DNA of 26,056 nt. It comes from a virus. Lineage: Duplodnaviria > Caudoviricetes. The notes under the pieces were generated by a model. It had not been told where the DNA came from. It saw only the letters and a program-made list of their open reading frames with translations, and did not search any database. Location of the stretch: positions 1 through 26,056 of IMG/VR virus record IMGVR_UViG_3300031922_000037. One strand, given 5' to 3'. Below, in pieces: positions 15,996-25,608 of the stretch (positions are counted from its first letter, which is position 1; each line of letters begins with the position of its first letter). The position numbers and the translations under genes were made by a program.

Positions 15996-17546
15996 ATGGC
16001 AAAATACCCACCTAAAACCATTTCCAGCCAGCGCGGCGGACTTATGTCGTTGTTTGGCAGCGGTGTGTCCAAAAAACGCTGGGAAGCAGAAAATCTTAAC
16101 GATGCCAAAAACATCGAGCAATCCGATATATTCGGGTATGGCGCAAGCAGCACCACTGTCGCCACCTTATTGGGTGGATCGGGAGGTATTCGCACTCGCA
16201 ACCAGATTTATCTCGACTGGCTAGATATGTCACGGGACGCCATTTGTTCGTCCGCCATTAAACTATTGACCACCACGGCAATGGGAGGACATGCCACCAG
16301 CGGCGACATTGTTTTCATCGAAAAAAAGCCGGAAATCCAAGAAAATAATAAGCTTTGCTCCTTGGTCGAGGAAATATCTCGCAACATATCCCCGTTGCTA
16401 AACCGCAATATCTATAGCTTGGCTTATACAGGGGCGATGTTTGGAGACGCTTATGCGCGTCTTTATTCGGACGACAAACGCGGCATTGTTCATATCAACA
16501 CCGATGAAATGCTACATCCATCGCTGGTGCAGCCATTCGAGCGCGGCGGCAAAACGGCTGGATATGCCATTTCGGTCGGTAATAGGAATTTTGAATCCCT
16601 CAATATCGCTCAAGTTGCGCGGTTTAAAATGCCGCGCGTGCAATGGATTCCTCAACACGGGGTCATTGAAAAATCATATCACACCGCATTGTCAGAAGAC
16701 CGCCTTGACCAGTTGGTCTTGATGCCGTCGATGGCAGGCGGCTCATTGTTGTATTCCGCCGAAAAATCTTATAGAAACCTCGATAACACCATTTACGGTC
16801 TTGTTGCGCAGCGTATGAGCATGTCACTGGATCACAGGATTGTTGGGTTGCAAATGGAAGGAATGTCGCTTGAGCAGCAAGATTTATTTGGCAAAAGCGT
16901 GGTTGATATGTTCAACAAAGTTAAGACAACGGTGGCGGATGCCGTCCAATCAGGCAAACCGATTGTTGAATCTATCGTGTCAATATTGCCGATGTTTTCA
17001 GAAAAACAACTGGTAACTTTGTCGCAGGGCAATACCGCAACGCAGACAATAACTGTTGAAGATGTTCTTTTCCACGCCCGCATGGTGTCGGCATCTTTAG
17101 GAACAGATTTGTCCAACCTTGGGTTTTCCGATCAAGTGAATGGCTGGATGGGCGACGGCGGCTTGTCTCGAACCTCGGCGCAAAGCGCGGAAAATTCGCG
17201 CATCATCCGCATGGCGGCGCAAGATTTCTGCAACGACGTGATCGACATCCACACGTTGAAACGTTACGGCGTGGTTTTCCCCGAAGCGGAGCGTCCGTGG
17301 GCTATCAATTTTTACGGCTCGATAGCCGCACTGGAAGCCGAAAAGCAGAAGAGCGAATCGGACAAAATGACGGCGGCTCTGACCATTGTTCAAGCCATGC
17401 AGATGTTTAAGGATATGGGGGCAACCAGTGACATGATGGAATCTTTGCTATCGAAAAACATGAGCCTGGAAGAAAATCAAGCTAAGCTTTTTGCCAAAAT
17501 CGTCGACAGTCAGCCACCTAATGATGGTGGTGAAATGGGGATGTAA
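15996..17546 (+). CDS. prt: Portal protein, P1 Prt/T4 gp20-like (516 aa)
   Basis: RNQIY..W.DMSRD.I.SSAI, FGDAYARLY, VARFKMPR, GGSLL, LG.DLS.LGFSD...G.MGDGG..RTSAQ motifs. Confidence 0.85.
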   Translation: MAKYPPKTISSQRGGLMSLFGSGVSKKRWEAENLNDAKNIEQSDIFGYGASSTTVATLLGGSGGIRTRNQIYLDWLDMSRDAICSSAIKLLTTTAMGGHATSGDIVFIEKKPEIQENNKLCSLVEEISRNISPLLNRNIYSLAYTGAMFGDAYARLYSDDKRGIVHINTDEMLHPSLVQPFERGGKTAGYAISVGNRNFESLNIAQVARFKMPRVQWIPQHGVIEKSYHTALSEDRLDQLVLMPSMAGGSLLYSAEKSYRNLDNTIYGLVAQRMSMSLDHRIVGLQMEGMSLEQQDLFGKSVVDMFNKVKTTVADAVQSGKPIVESIVSILPMFSEKQLVTLSQGNTATQTITVEDVLFHARMVSASLGTDLSNLGFSDQVNGWMGDGGLSRTSAQSAENSRIIRMAAQDFCNDVIDIHTLKRYGVVFPEAERPWAINFYGSIAALEAEKQKSESDKMTAALTIVQAMQMFKDMGATSDMMESLLSKNMSLEENQAKLFAKIVDSQPPNDGGEMGM

Positions 17547-18454
17547 TGTCGCTGTTTAACGAATTATCAAGGCAAGTAACGCTGGAAGGAATAGGTAAAG
17601 GTCGTTTATCTTTGCTGGGCGCAAGAGATTCTATTTTAGGAAAAATCAGTGGCGGCGTTCAGGGGGCTTTTGGCAACACTGCGTTAGGAGGCGCATTGGG
17701 TTCGATTGCCGCCAATAAAGCAGCTACCGCGTTGGGCGGAATAGCTAATAACGAATTATTGGGGCAGGCGGATAGAGGCCTAAGCATTGCTCAGGACTTG
17801 TTTGACGGAAATTTTAGCGATGCAGGAGTAAATCTGCTCGGCTCTGGATTCCTAGATGGTATATTTTTTGGTGCATCTGTCTATGGCTCGCAAGCGCGTT
17901 ATCTGCATAGCAAAAACGAATTGTTCGGCGGGATAACGCCATTGCAAGCAAAGCAGATAATAACTGACTTACAGGCGGTAAAATTCGCCAAGAACAACCT
18001 GTTTTTGCTTGAAATATCAAGTAGCTGGATGACTGACTACGATGCTACGCGCATTTTCAACTTATTCTGCACAAGTTTGAATTATTCAGCTCAGACCATT
18101 TCCGGTGACAAACGTAAAATCGGCGGCGCGACCATCGATGCAGTGGTTAGCACCGAGCCGGTAGAATTAAGTTTAACAACGCTGGATAGCAAAAACGGCT
18201 ACCTAAAACAATGGTTCAAAGACCATGCGGCTGCCACCGTGAGTCAGGACGGTACGGTTGGATTGCCAAGCCGATATGCCATAAAGATAAAGGTCATCCA
18301 CTCTGTTATAGCGCAAGAAGACATTGGCAATGGCTACAATGGAGAAGGCCTATATCGACCAGGAGCGATTGAAACATCACTTAGCCGACATGAACACGGC
18401 TTGGAAGAAATTACCATGACTTTTTCGCAACTCGATACCTGCATGGGTGGCTAA
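17546..18454 (+). CDS. Tail-tube-fold protein, P1 Tub-like tube initiator, with Gly-rich N-terminus (302 aa)
   Basis: KIGGA..D....EP.EL..T..D..G....WF...V..DGT.GLP..Y motif; directly upstream of the tape measure. Confidence 0.65.
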   Translation: MSLFNELSRQVTLEGIGKGRLSLLGARDSILGKISGGVQGAFGNTALGGALGSIAANKAATALGGIANNELLGQADRGLSIAQDLFDGNFSDAGVNLLGSGFLDGIFFGASVYGSQARYLHSKNELFGGITPLQAKQIITDLQAVKFAKNNLFLLEISSSWMTDYDATRIFNLFCTSLNYSAQTISGDKRKIGGATIDAVVSTEPVELSLTTLDSKNGYLKQWFKDHAAATVSQDGTVGLPSRYAIKIKVIHSVIAQEDIGNGYNGEGLYRPGAIETSLSRHEHGLEEITMTFSQLDTCMGG

Positions 18455-21400
18455 TGACAACATTACAACATAATTCCGACGGATTTTTAACAGGTGACAT
18501 CATTGATCCTAATCAAGATAGCCGCCTGTTGGAAACAATTAGCAATGATATTGCCGAATTAAAAGACATTGCCGAGGCCATTTCCCGTGCATTGGTCGGG
18601 AAAAATGAACTAGACAACGCAGAGGCGCAACCACCCGTTGCCATGCCATCGTTGCCGTCCAGCGACACCGTTATCCCGTCAGTTCAGGTAAATTTAGAAA
18701 CATTAGCGCAGCCATTATTATCGCAAAATGATAATTCTACTGCCGTCACCAACCAAGAAAGCACTTTAAACGAAATTTGGCATGGTAATCAAGCCAGCCG
18801 CGTTTCGGTCGCTGATTTTACGGAAAATAATGGCTCTCAAGTTCATAGGCAAAGCACAACTCCTCTCGTTCAATCTCAACCATTAGTCGGCACAAACATC
18901 GGAACTCATGCCCGCGACGCACGGGGTAGGTTCACTGGGCAGGGTGTCGCTGAGCCTGATTTAACCCAAAGTGATGAACGCCGGCAACGCGATAATCGTG
19001 GGCAATTTACGGTAGATAACGGGCAAACGCCCGGTGAACGGCAAGAAGGCCAGAACGCTATAAGGGAAATTGTCGGGGCGTTGTCAGATAATGATAATTT
19101 AGGTCTCGAAGAAACAGACCCGACAATTAAATCATATCAAGAGCTTAATAACATTGCCGCCCCCGTTCTAAACGTCGCATCAAAAATCGGAGGGATGGCG
19201 TTTGAAGGGGCTAATGGGTTATTTTCCAATGTGTCCGGGGTTGTTCAAAACATTGCCAGTAACATCAGTGACGCAGTTGACAACTCCATTCGCGCTACGA
19301 ATTCGACATCAACCATAAACGGCAGTGATGAACCAAGGTTAGACCAATCTCAACCATTAGTCGGCACAAACATCGGAACTCATGCCCGCGACGCACGGGG
19401 CAGGTTCGCCGGGCAGGGTGTCGCTGAGCCTGATTTTTGGCAGGACGACGGACAGAGGCAACATAACGCGCTGCCTAGCCATGAGATTAGTGGAAACACG
19501 GATATTTCAAATTCACAAGCCGTTGCAAATTCAGAAAGCACAGAACTGTTTAATGGCGACAATTCGCCTACGATAATTCCCGTTGAAATTGTTGGAACAC
19601 ATCCCAATCCGTATGCCAATTCTGGCTTAATAAATAGCCAGCCATTAGCCATTCCAAATGTCGAATTGTCGAATTCAGAGACGACAAACAATATAGACAG
19701 CGCAAGCCATAAGCCCATCCGCGCTTCAAACGACAGATTTTCAATGGTGGAAATAGCCAATACCACCAGCATCAATCATCCTGGCTCTCAAAACGATTTT
19801 AATAATTTTGGGGGTTCAAACCAGTCAATGTCCACGCCAGCAGAACCCGTCATTAACAACAATGGCTTTAGTAATGACAAGCGCGGCAACGTCATAATTT
19901 CAATATTACGCCAAATATTGACAGAACTAAGATTGTCACGCGAAAACAGCGCATTTGCACAAGCAAGTCGCTCAGCAACAGAACAAGGACACGAGGTAGA
20001 TGATAAACGCACAAATGGCAAAACAGGTATGTTTGCCAAGTTGTTTAATATAGGCAAACAAAAGCCAGAAAACCAGACAGTTTTTGAAAAGCAGCTTGCC
20101 ACATTACGCGAGATCGACATTGACAATGACAAAGAAATAAATCACCTGAAGGCCATTGACGTGGCAATGAACGGTACTTTGTGGATTCAGTTGGCTGGTT
20201 TTCTGTTTAAGATGGCTTTATTGCCTATTACATTGCCTTTCAATATAGCCAAGTCAATCATCAAAAGCCGCAAGGATAGGCGCGAAGAAAATGCCGTAAA
20301 CCGGATGCGTAAGGATATTCACGAAATCTGGGCGCACACCAAACAAATGCGTTTGGACCTAATCGCCATTCGCAAGAAATTGAAAGGCGACAGTGAGCTT
20401 GCGGACACGTCCGACGATGCCAGCGGAGGCGGAATACTGAACTTATTAATGTGGCTTGCCCCTGTAGTCTTTGCCGCATTGGCGAGTGTCGGCATGGCAA
20501 TTGTGTCTGGCATTGTTGGTTTGATAACAATTGCATTGCCACTCATCGGGTCGGCATTGGCTGTCATAGGTCCAATGTTGATGTCCGGTATCGGTGCGGT
20601 GTTAGCGGCGTTGTTTTCACCTATTGGCATAGCAATAGTGGCCGCAACTTTGGCATGGGGATTGTTCACCGAAGAAGGTAGGGAGTTCTTTGGTCGGATT
20701 GGTGAATTTATCATATCTGGGTTAAATTCAGCCATCGACTTATTCTCGCAAACTTTTCCTGAAACGACGCAGGCTATAAATGACGCTTGGGTTGCGGTTG
20801 CTAAGTTGGCACAATCGGTTTGGGTTTGGCTAAAAGAAGGCTTTGAACCCATCATCAAAGCAGCTTCTGGTTTGTTTGGCTGGCTTAAGGAAAGATGGGA
20901 TGGAATAATCCAGTCAATAGGAGCGGTATTTGATGGCTTCGCCAGCTTTTTAAAGGACAAATTTGGCATAGACATTAAGTTAATTGTCGATAAGGTAGCT
21001 ACCTCCGCCGGTAAAGCTTTAGCAGACACCAAGGATGCCGTGGGACAAGCATTGGAGAAAGCGAAGATAATAGGAGGTCAAGTTTTTGAGGGCGGAAAAA
21101 ACGCATATAGCAAAACATTGGACTGGACAAGCCGTAACATAATTGAGCCTGTTTCAGGTTCGTTATCCAGCATCATTAAGGGTGGAGAATCAGGAAAAGA
21201 AGGTTACGATGCTTACAATCGCGGTACAGGACTAGGCTCTACCGGGCATAGGGATATTTCAAAAATGACCATAGGCGAAATAAAATCTTATCAAGCATTG
21301 CCTAAAAGCGATAAGAACCGTTTGATGGCGGTTGGCAAATATCAGATGATACCTGCGACATTGCAAGAAGGCGTAACTGCGCTAGGTATTGGCGATAATG

Positions 21401-22170
21401 AAAAATTCACTCCAGAATTACAGGAAAAACTTTTTTCAAAATACTTGCTTGATAAAAAAAGACCAAAAATATCGGCCTACATTAAAGGCAAAAGCGATGA
21501 CGCGGTAGGTGCAGGCATCGCTGCGGCGGCGGAATGGCGTTCAATTGCCGACCCGCGAACAGGAAAGACTTATGCCGATAAAGGGGCAGTTGGTAACAAA
21601 GCATCCATTTCATCAGCCACATTCAAGGCAGCTATGGACGCATCTAGGGAAAAATATAAAGAGCTTATCGTACAAGGCATGGACGAAGACATTGCTTATC
21701 AAAAGGCGATTTCCAGCTCAACAATAATGGCAAATGCGGCCATGAAATCTGGCATTAGCAAGCCTGACTCTAGTAAGAGTGGAATTGGTAAGCCTGCCAC
21801 CAGTGTTACTGATTCAGCACCAACAAAGGCTTCTGAATCCGCAGTCGCATTAGTCCACAGCAAGCCTGTAACATCAAGTCTTTCACCTACCGTGTCAAAT
21901 GCCGCTAAGCAAGATGGATTTCTAAAAAATTACGGAATACCTACTTCGCCAAGTCTAAATTTTAGCCTTCCTATGCCAAAGCTGACCATGCCAACTATGC
22001 CTTCAATGCCAAAGTTGGAAAAAGCTCCAGATATAAATTTTCCTATTGCAAGTAATGTTTCAGACAGACAAATTAAAACCACGAACATTCCAATCGGAGA
22101 CGTAGGCCAGGACGTGCCGGATCGCTACATTGCACATATCGTCAACGGCGGCATAGGCGGTCTGCTATGA
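18454..22170 (+). CDS. sit: Tape measure protein, P1 Sit-like, with hydrophobic segments and a lysozyme-like muramidase domain (1238 aa)
   Basis: Length; RDARGRF motifs; TM and W-periodic helical region; GES..GYDAYN...AVGKYQMIPATL...FTPELQEKL...EWRSI domain; followed by pmgA-bplA-16-like genes. Confidence 0.85.
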   Translation: MTTLQHNSDGFLTGDIIDPNQDSRLLETISNDIAELKDIAEAISRALVGKNELDNAEAQPPVAMPSLPSSDTVIPSVQVNLETLAQPLLSQNDNSTAVTNQESTLNEIWHGNQASRVSVADFTENNGSQVHRQSTTPLVQSQPLVGTNIGTHARDARGRFTGQGVAEPDLTQSDERRQRDNRGQFTVDNGQTPGERQEGQNAIREIVGALSDNDNLGLEETDPTIKSYQELNNIAAPVLNVASKIGGMAFEGANGLFSNVSGVVQNIASNISDAVDNSIRATNSTSTINGSDEPRLDQSQPLVGTNIGTHARDARGRFAGQGVAEPDFWQDDGQRQHNALPSHEISGNTDISNSQAVANSESTELFNGDNSPTIIPVEIVGTHPNPYANSGLINSQPLAIPNVELSNSETTNNIDSASHKPIRASNDRFSMVEIANTTSINHPGSQNDFNNFGGSNQSMSTPAEPVINNNGFSNDKRGNVIISILRQILTELRLSRENSAFAQASRSATEQGHEVDDKRTNGKTGMFAKLFNIGKQKPENQTVFEKQLATLREIDIDNDKEINHLKAIDVAMNGTLWIQLAGFLFKMALLPITLPFNIAKSIIKSRKDRREENAVNRMRKDIHEIWAHTKQMRLDLIAIRKKLKGDSELADTSDDASGGGILNLLMWLAPVVFAALASVGMAIVSGIVGLITIALPLIGSALAVIGPMLMSGIGAVLAALFSPIGIAIVAATLAWGLFTEEGREFFGRIGEFIISGLNSAIDLFSQTFPETTQAINDAWVAVAKLAQSVWVWLKEGFEPIIKAASGLFGWLKERWDGIIQSIGAVFDGFASFLKDKFGIDIKLIVDKVATSAGKALADTKDAVGQALEKAKIIGGQVFEGGKNAYSKTLDWTSRNIIEPVSGSLSSIIKGGESGKEGYDAYNRGTGLGSTGHRDISKMTIGEIKSYQALPKSDKNRLMAVGKYQMIPATLQEGVTALGIGDNEKFTPELQEKLFSKYLLDKKRPKISAYIKGKSDDAVGAGIAAAAEWRSIADPRTGKTYADKGAVGNKASISSATFKAAMDASREKYKELIVQGMDEDIAYQKAISSSTIMANAAMKSGISKPDSSKSGIGKPATSVTDSAPTKASESAVALVHSKPVTSSLSPTVSNAAKQDGFLKNYGIPTSPSLNFSLPMPKLTMPTMPSMPKLEKAPDINFPIASNVSDRQIKTTNIPIGDVGQDVPDRYIAHIVNGGIGGLL
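18871..19436 (+). repeat. 92-bp intragenic direct repeat (18871-18962 and 19345-19436, 3 mismatches)
   Basis: Both copies encode QSQPLVGTNIGTHARDARGRF(T/A)GQGVAEPD. Confidence 0.95.
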
Positions 22171-22457
22171 GCATCATGGCCGATGACATTAGCGGCATGG
22201 TTGAATATTGGCTTGCCACGCCAAAAAATAGCCGTCTTGGGACGGGTTTTGGGAACAATGCCAGCGAACTGATTGGCAACCCAAACGATGGCGCCATTGC
22301 TGATGAATTTGTCAAAAAAATGCTTGAAGATGTGCCTATTTTGCAAATATTGCCACAAGGCGCGGTTAACATTTATGCTGTTCCGCGTGATTTTGACGGC
22401 ATTGACTTGTTTGTTGAGATTAGCGGGCAGGCTTTTCCAATTCAAAATAATAACTGA
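22167..22457 (+). CDS. PmgA-like baseplate sheath initiator (T4 gp25/gpW type) (96 aa)
   Basis: WLATP.NSRLG.GFG, KMLEDVPIL; lies between tape measure and BplA-like genes. Confidence 0.7.
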   Translation: MSIMADDISGMVEYWLATPKNSRLGTGFGNNASELIGNPNDGAIADEFVKKMLEDVPILQILPQGAVNIYAVPRDFDGIDLFVEISGQAFPIQNNN

Positions 22458-22465
22458 GTTATGCC

Positions 22466-23977
22466 ATGTTGACCAAAGCTTATCTATTGCAACAAATTGA
22501 GCGGAATATTGGAAATTACCCAGACGCCGCTTTGCTTTATAAATCTGGAGACCCGCGCATATTAGTCATTATTGATGCAATGGCGACCCAATTGTCTCTG
22601 TTCTCGCAACAGATGGAATTGGCTATGGCAGAACCATTTGAAAAAGTTCGGGAATCAACCGTGCTTGCCGCCGCCGCTATGCGCGGAATAATCCGCAAAG
22701 CAACGCCAGCTAAGGTGAAAATTTTGGCTGAAAACAGAAACTTAGTTGCGGCAACCATTGATACAGGGCGAGTTATTTTAGACGTAGACAGCAACCTTTA
22801 TGTTGTTACTGCTCCAAGAATAATTGCAGCAGCAACATCACTTGATGGAGTGGTGACACCATCATCAGCTTTTATCGAGGCAGACCAGTATTACAACCAA
22901 AATTTTATCCATACAGCCACAGTCACGGATGATTTTTATTCGATTGAATTGCCAGACCCAGAAGACGGCACAACTCTTCATACGCTGTCTGTCACAGACA
23001 GCAACGACAACCCGTTTGAATACCGTAAAAATTTTATAAACGCATTGCCCGGAAACAAAATATTCACCGTTGAAGTTGACGATAAAGGCGTTTTTTACAT
23101 CCGATTTGGAGTTGACGGGCTGGCTGGGACGCAGGTTCAATCCGGTGACATATTTAACATATACACCACAAGGTCAATAGGCAAGATCAACCTAAATGCA
23201 GGCTCTCCTTTTGCATTTGATTCGTTAACCACCGCAGAGACCGGGGTGGATTTATCAAAAGTTGATTTGAGTTTAAATGAAGTGCTTTATTCAGGCGATA
23301 GCCCAATGAGCATTTCAAAATTGAGAACTTTGTGTAATTACCCGGCAATTTATGATGATTCGGCGGTGTTTTTAGGCGAATTTGAGTTTTTGGTGCGAAA
23401 AAAATATCCCGATATGCCGTTTTTGTCAGTCTGGAACGAAGCCCTTGAAGAAGCGGCAAGGGGGGGGAACCTGGACAACGTTAATACATTGTTTGTTGCC
23501 TGTTTTAATGACATTGAAGCGGTTCTAAATCAACCAAACGAGTTAGAGACTGTTCACCCAATAGAAATAACATCGCTCACCACAAGGCAATCTCATATCA
23601 AGGATATGATTTTAGCGGCTGACAACAGTTTGCGAGTTAAATTTTATACGCCAGTTACTAGCAAGATAACAATCGTGGTGACTGCCAAGGTATCGACCTC
23701 ACATAATGCCCGTGTAGTATCAGCAAAAATTAAGCAAGCGATTTTGACAGAATTTGGACAATCGGCTGGCAATCATGCCGGGAAACCATTGCAACGTCTG
23801 ATTTATGCGTTATTGAAAGAGAAAGTACCTGAAACCAATGCCGGAAATGCTTATTTGACCGTGTCTGTCACTGAATTGGAAAGCGACTCTCGGCCTGAAC
23901 TATGGCGATTTGTAACCGAAAATAGCGTAACCGTCACGGTTACTAATATCAACGTATTCGCACAGGGATTTGACTAA
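22466..23977 (+). CDS. bplA: Baseplate wedge protein, P1 BplA-like (T4 gp6/gpJ type) (503 aa)
   Basis: AEPF..VRESTVLA.A..RG, YIRFG.DG.AG, YDDSAVFLGEF..LVR, LSVWNE motifs. Confidence 0.85.
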   Translation: MLTKAYLLQQIERNIGNYPDAALLYKSGDPRILVIIDAMATQLSLFSQQMELAMAEPFEKVRESTVLAAAAMRGIIRKATPAKVKILAENRNLVAATIDTGRVILDVDSNLYVVTAPRIIAAATSLDGVVTPSSAFIEADQYYNQNFIHTATVTDDFYSIELPDPEDGTTLHTLSVTDSNDNPFEYRKNFINALPGNKIFTVEVDDKGVFYIRFGVDGLAGTQVQSGDIFNIYTTRSIGKINLNAGSPFAFDSLTTAETGVDLSKVDLSLNEVLYSGDSPMSISKLRTLCNYPAIYDDSAVFLGEFEFLVRKKYPDMPFLSVWNEALEEAARGGNLDNVNTLFVACFNDIEAVLNQPNELETVHPIEITSLTTRQSHIKDMILAADNSLRVKFYTPVTSKITIVVTAKVSTSHNARVVSAKIKQAILTEFGQSAGNHAGKPLQRLIYALLKEKVPETNAGNAYLTVSVTELESDSRPELWRFVTENSVTVTVTNINVFAQGFD

Positions 23978-24657
23978 TGACATTTGGATTTAGCAATGCG
24001 GTAATTCCGCACTTAAAATCATTGGAAAAAAGCGGCACGTTTGATGCCGTTGAATCCGATTTGCAAATGCTGTTTATCGAATTGTTTAGCTCTCATTTTT
24101 CCGCTGATTTTTTTGATCTCAACGTTCTTGCCAACCCGCAATTAGGCTCTATCGCGCTGGTCAGATCATCACTGGACGAACTTGGTGTGTCTATCACCGA
24201 TAGGTTATTAACCGATACTCAAATTAGGGTAACGCATAAGTCGTGGAGTTGGACGCACCAGCAAAAGCGCGGCTTTTTCATGCTGAAAACTTTGTTGCAA
24301 ATTATCTACGGCGAAGGTTTTACAATTGAAAATTATTGGCATCCAAAATCAACTGCTAATGATTATCCGAAAGATGTTTTTTTGCAATCCATAACACCCG
24401 ACACCAGCGATGCTTTTTTAACTTCACGGGTTTTGGTGACGATCCCGCTGGATGGTCAGCCTCATTTACGGGTGCTGAGAAGAATTGCCTTGTCCATAGT
24501 TCCAGCCCGAATGGTGGTTTTTTTTAAATCTTTATCAACAGAGCAGTTATTGATTTATGGTTATGGGGCTGAAGATATGGAGCGTGATATTTTTATTCCA
24601 GAAGCTTTTGCTACTGATGATATTTTAACTGTAACTTACAGCGGAGGAGGAGCTTAG
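23977..24657 (+). CDS. Baseplate protein, P1 gp16-like (226 aa)
   Basis: KRG..ML...LQ......I...WHP....YP...FLTSRV...IVPARMV; follows bplA as in P1. Confidence 0.7.
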   Translation: MTFGFSNAVIPHLKSLEKSGTFDAVESDLQMLFIELFSSHFSADFFDLNVLANPQLGSIALVRSSLDELGVSITDRLLTDTQIRVTHKSWSWTHQQKRGFFMLKTLLQIIYGEGFTIENYWHPKSTANDYPKDVFLQSITPDTSDAFLTSRVLVTIPLDGQPHLRVLRRIALSIVPARMVVFFKSLSTEQLLIYGYGAEDMERDIFIPEAFATDDILTVTYSGGGA

Positions 24658-25608
24658 ATGGCTATCCGTGGAAATTATGACGCATCATCAAACTTATTCC
24701 CGAACACGGGCGGAACGGGTTCAAACGGAGCTATTTTAGCTGGAAATACTTGGTATATCTCTGTCTCTGGAACTTTATCTGGAGTTTTCGTTGGAATCGG
24801 CGCATCCATACGGGCATTAACCAATGAGCCTGGGCAAACGCTGACGAATTGGAGAATCAATCATCCGCTAAAGGCTAGGATATTGATACGTTCAGACACC
24901 AGTGCAAAATGGATAGAAAAAAACCCAATTTTAGGCTATGGAGAAATAGCAATTACGCAAGATGCAAATTTACTGCCTAAAATAAAAATTGGCGACGGTA
25001 AAAAGCTATGGGCTGTATTGGATTACTTATTTGAACCAGAACCAAATATTTACCTAGCCGGCGATAACGTGACCATTGTTGGCAACGTTATTAGTGTGCC
25101 AGGGCTTAGTAATATTCCTGTTTACTCGGCCGGTGATAACGTGACCATTGTTGGCAACGTTATTAGCGCGTCTACTGGCTTAAAAGGCACGGTTGGGGGG
25201 AATGATAATAATTTGTTAAGAGCAAGCGTAGGGGTAAATGCGGAAGTTCAAAGCAGCTCTGTATCAGTTGATGATAACGGCGCAATTCATGGTTACGCGG
25301 CAAAACAAATTACTTTTTCCGGCGTTACCGCCACGATTGACGCAGCCAGCGTACCCTCGGGCAGCGTCGTTCGATTCACCAATGCCAGCGCAGTTACAGC
25401 GACTATATCGAGCACCATACCCCCCGGCTGGTGCTGTACTTGTGTGCAAATTGGTAGTGGTCAGGTCACGTTCTCTGTTACTGGAGGAGCGTTGTTGAAC
25501 AGGCAAAACCATACCAGAACTTTTTCTCAAATAGCGATGGTTACTTTATATTGTGATAGCAATACTGGAACAAGCCCACAAGTCTATATGCAAGGAGATA
25601 CGGCATGA
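24658..25608 (+). CDS. Tail fibre protein with Mtd_N-like domain (316 aa)
   Basis: RILIRSDTSAKW...NPIL..GEI...KIKIGDG...W..L.Y motif; duplicated Y.AGDNVTIVGNVIS; GGAGGAG RBS; fibre position after the baseplate genes. Confidence 0.75.
   Translation: MAIRGNYDASSNLFPNTGGTGSNGAILAGNTWYISVSGTLSGVFVGIGASIRALTNEPGQTLTNWRINHPLKARILIRSDTSAKWIEKNPILGYGEIAITQDANLLPKIKIGDGKKLWAVLDYLFEPEPNIYLAGDNVTIVGNVISVPGLSNIPVYSAGDNVTIVGNVISASTGLKGTVGGNDNNLLRASVGVNAEVQSSSVSVDDNGAIHGYAAKQITFSGVTATIDAASVPSGSVVRFTNASAVTATISSTIPPGWCCTCVQIGSGQVTFSVTGGALLNRQNHTRTFSQIAMVTLYCDSNTGTSPQVYMQGDTA
25057..25166 (+). repeat. 38-bp direct repeat (25057-25094 and 25129-25166, 1 mismatch)
   Basis: GCCGG(C/T)GATAACGTGACCATTGTTGGCAACGTTATTAG, 72-bp period, in frame. 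Confidence 0.9.

Noticed and set aside
18871-19436. Repeat pair as a DGR template/variable repeat
   Set aside because: Differences are T/C, A/G and T/C, not adenine-specific on one strand; both copies are in frame in one gene; no reverse transcriptase in the window.
20319-21032. Long antisense ORFs (also 8262..8750, 4886..5341, 9550..9993, 2089..2520, 25655..26047)
   Set aside because: Shadows of well-supported genes on the opposite strand; no recognisable motifs.
21972-22020. MPKLTMPTMPSMPKL micro-repeat
   Set aside because: Low-complexity linker near the tape-measure C-terminus; no evidence of separate function.
5879-24657. Tailocin/eCIS interpretation
   Set aside because: Capsid, portal and prohead protease genes are present and intact.
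24655-24660. TAG directly followed by in-frame ATG, suggesting readthrough or amber recoding
   Set aside because: A strong GGAGGAG RBS precedes 24658, and other TAG stops (9018, 13461, 15445) coincide with normal gene boundaries.
25057-25166. 38-bp repeats with a 34-bp spacer as a mini-CRISPR
   Set aside because: Only two copies, in frame within the fibre gene, encoding a peptide repeat with a synonymous difference; no cas genes.
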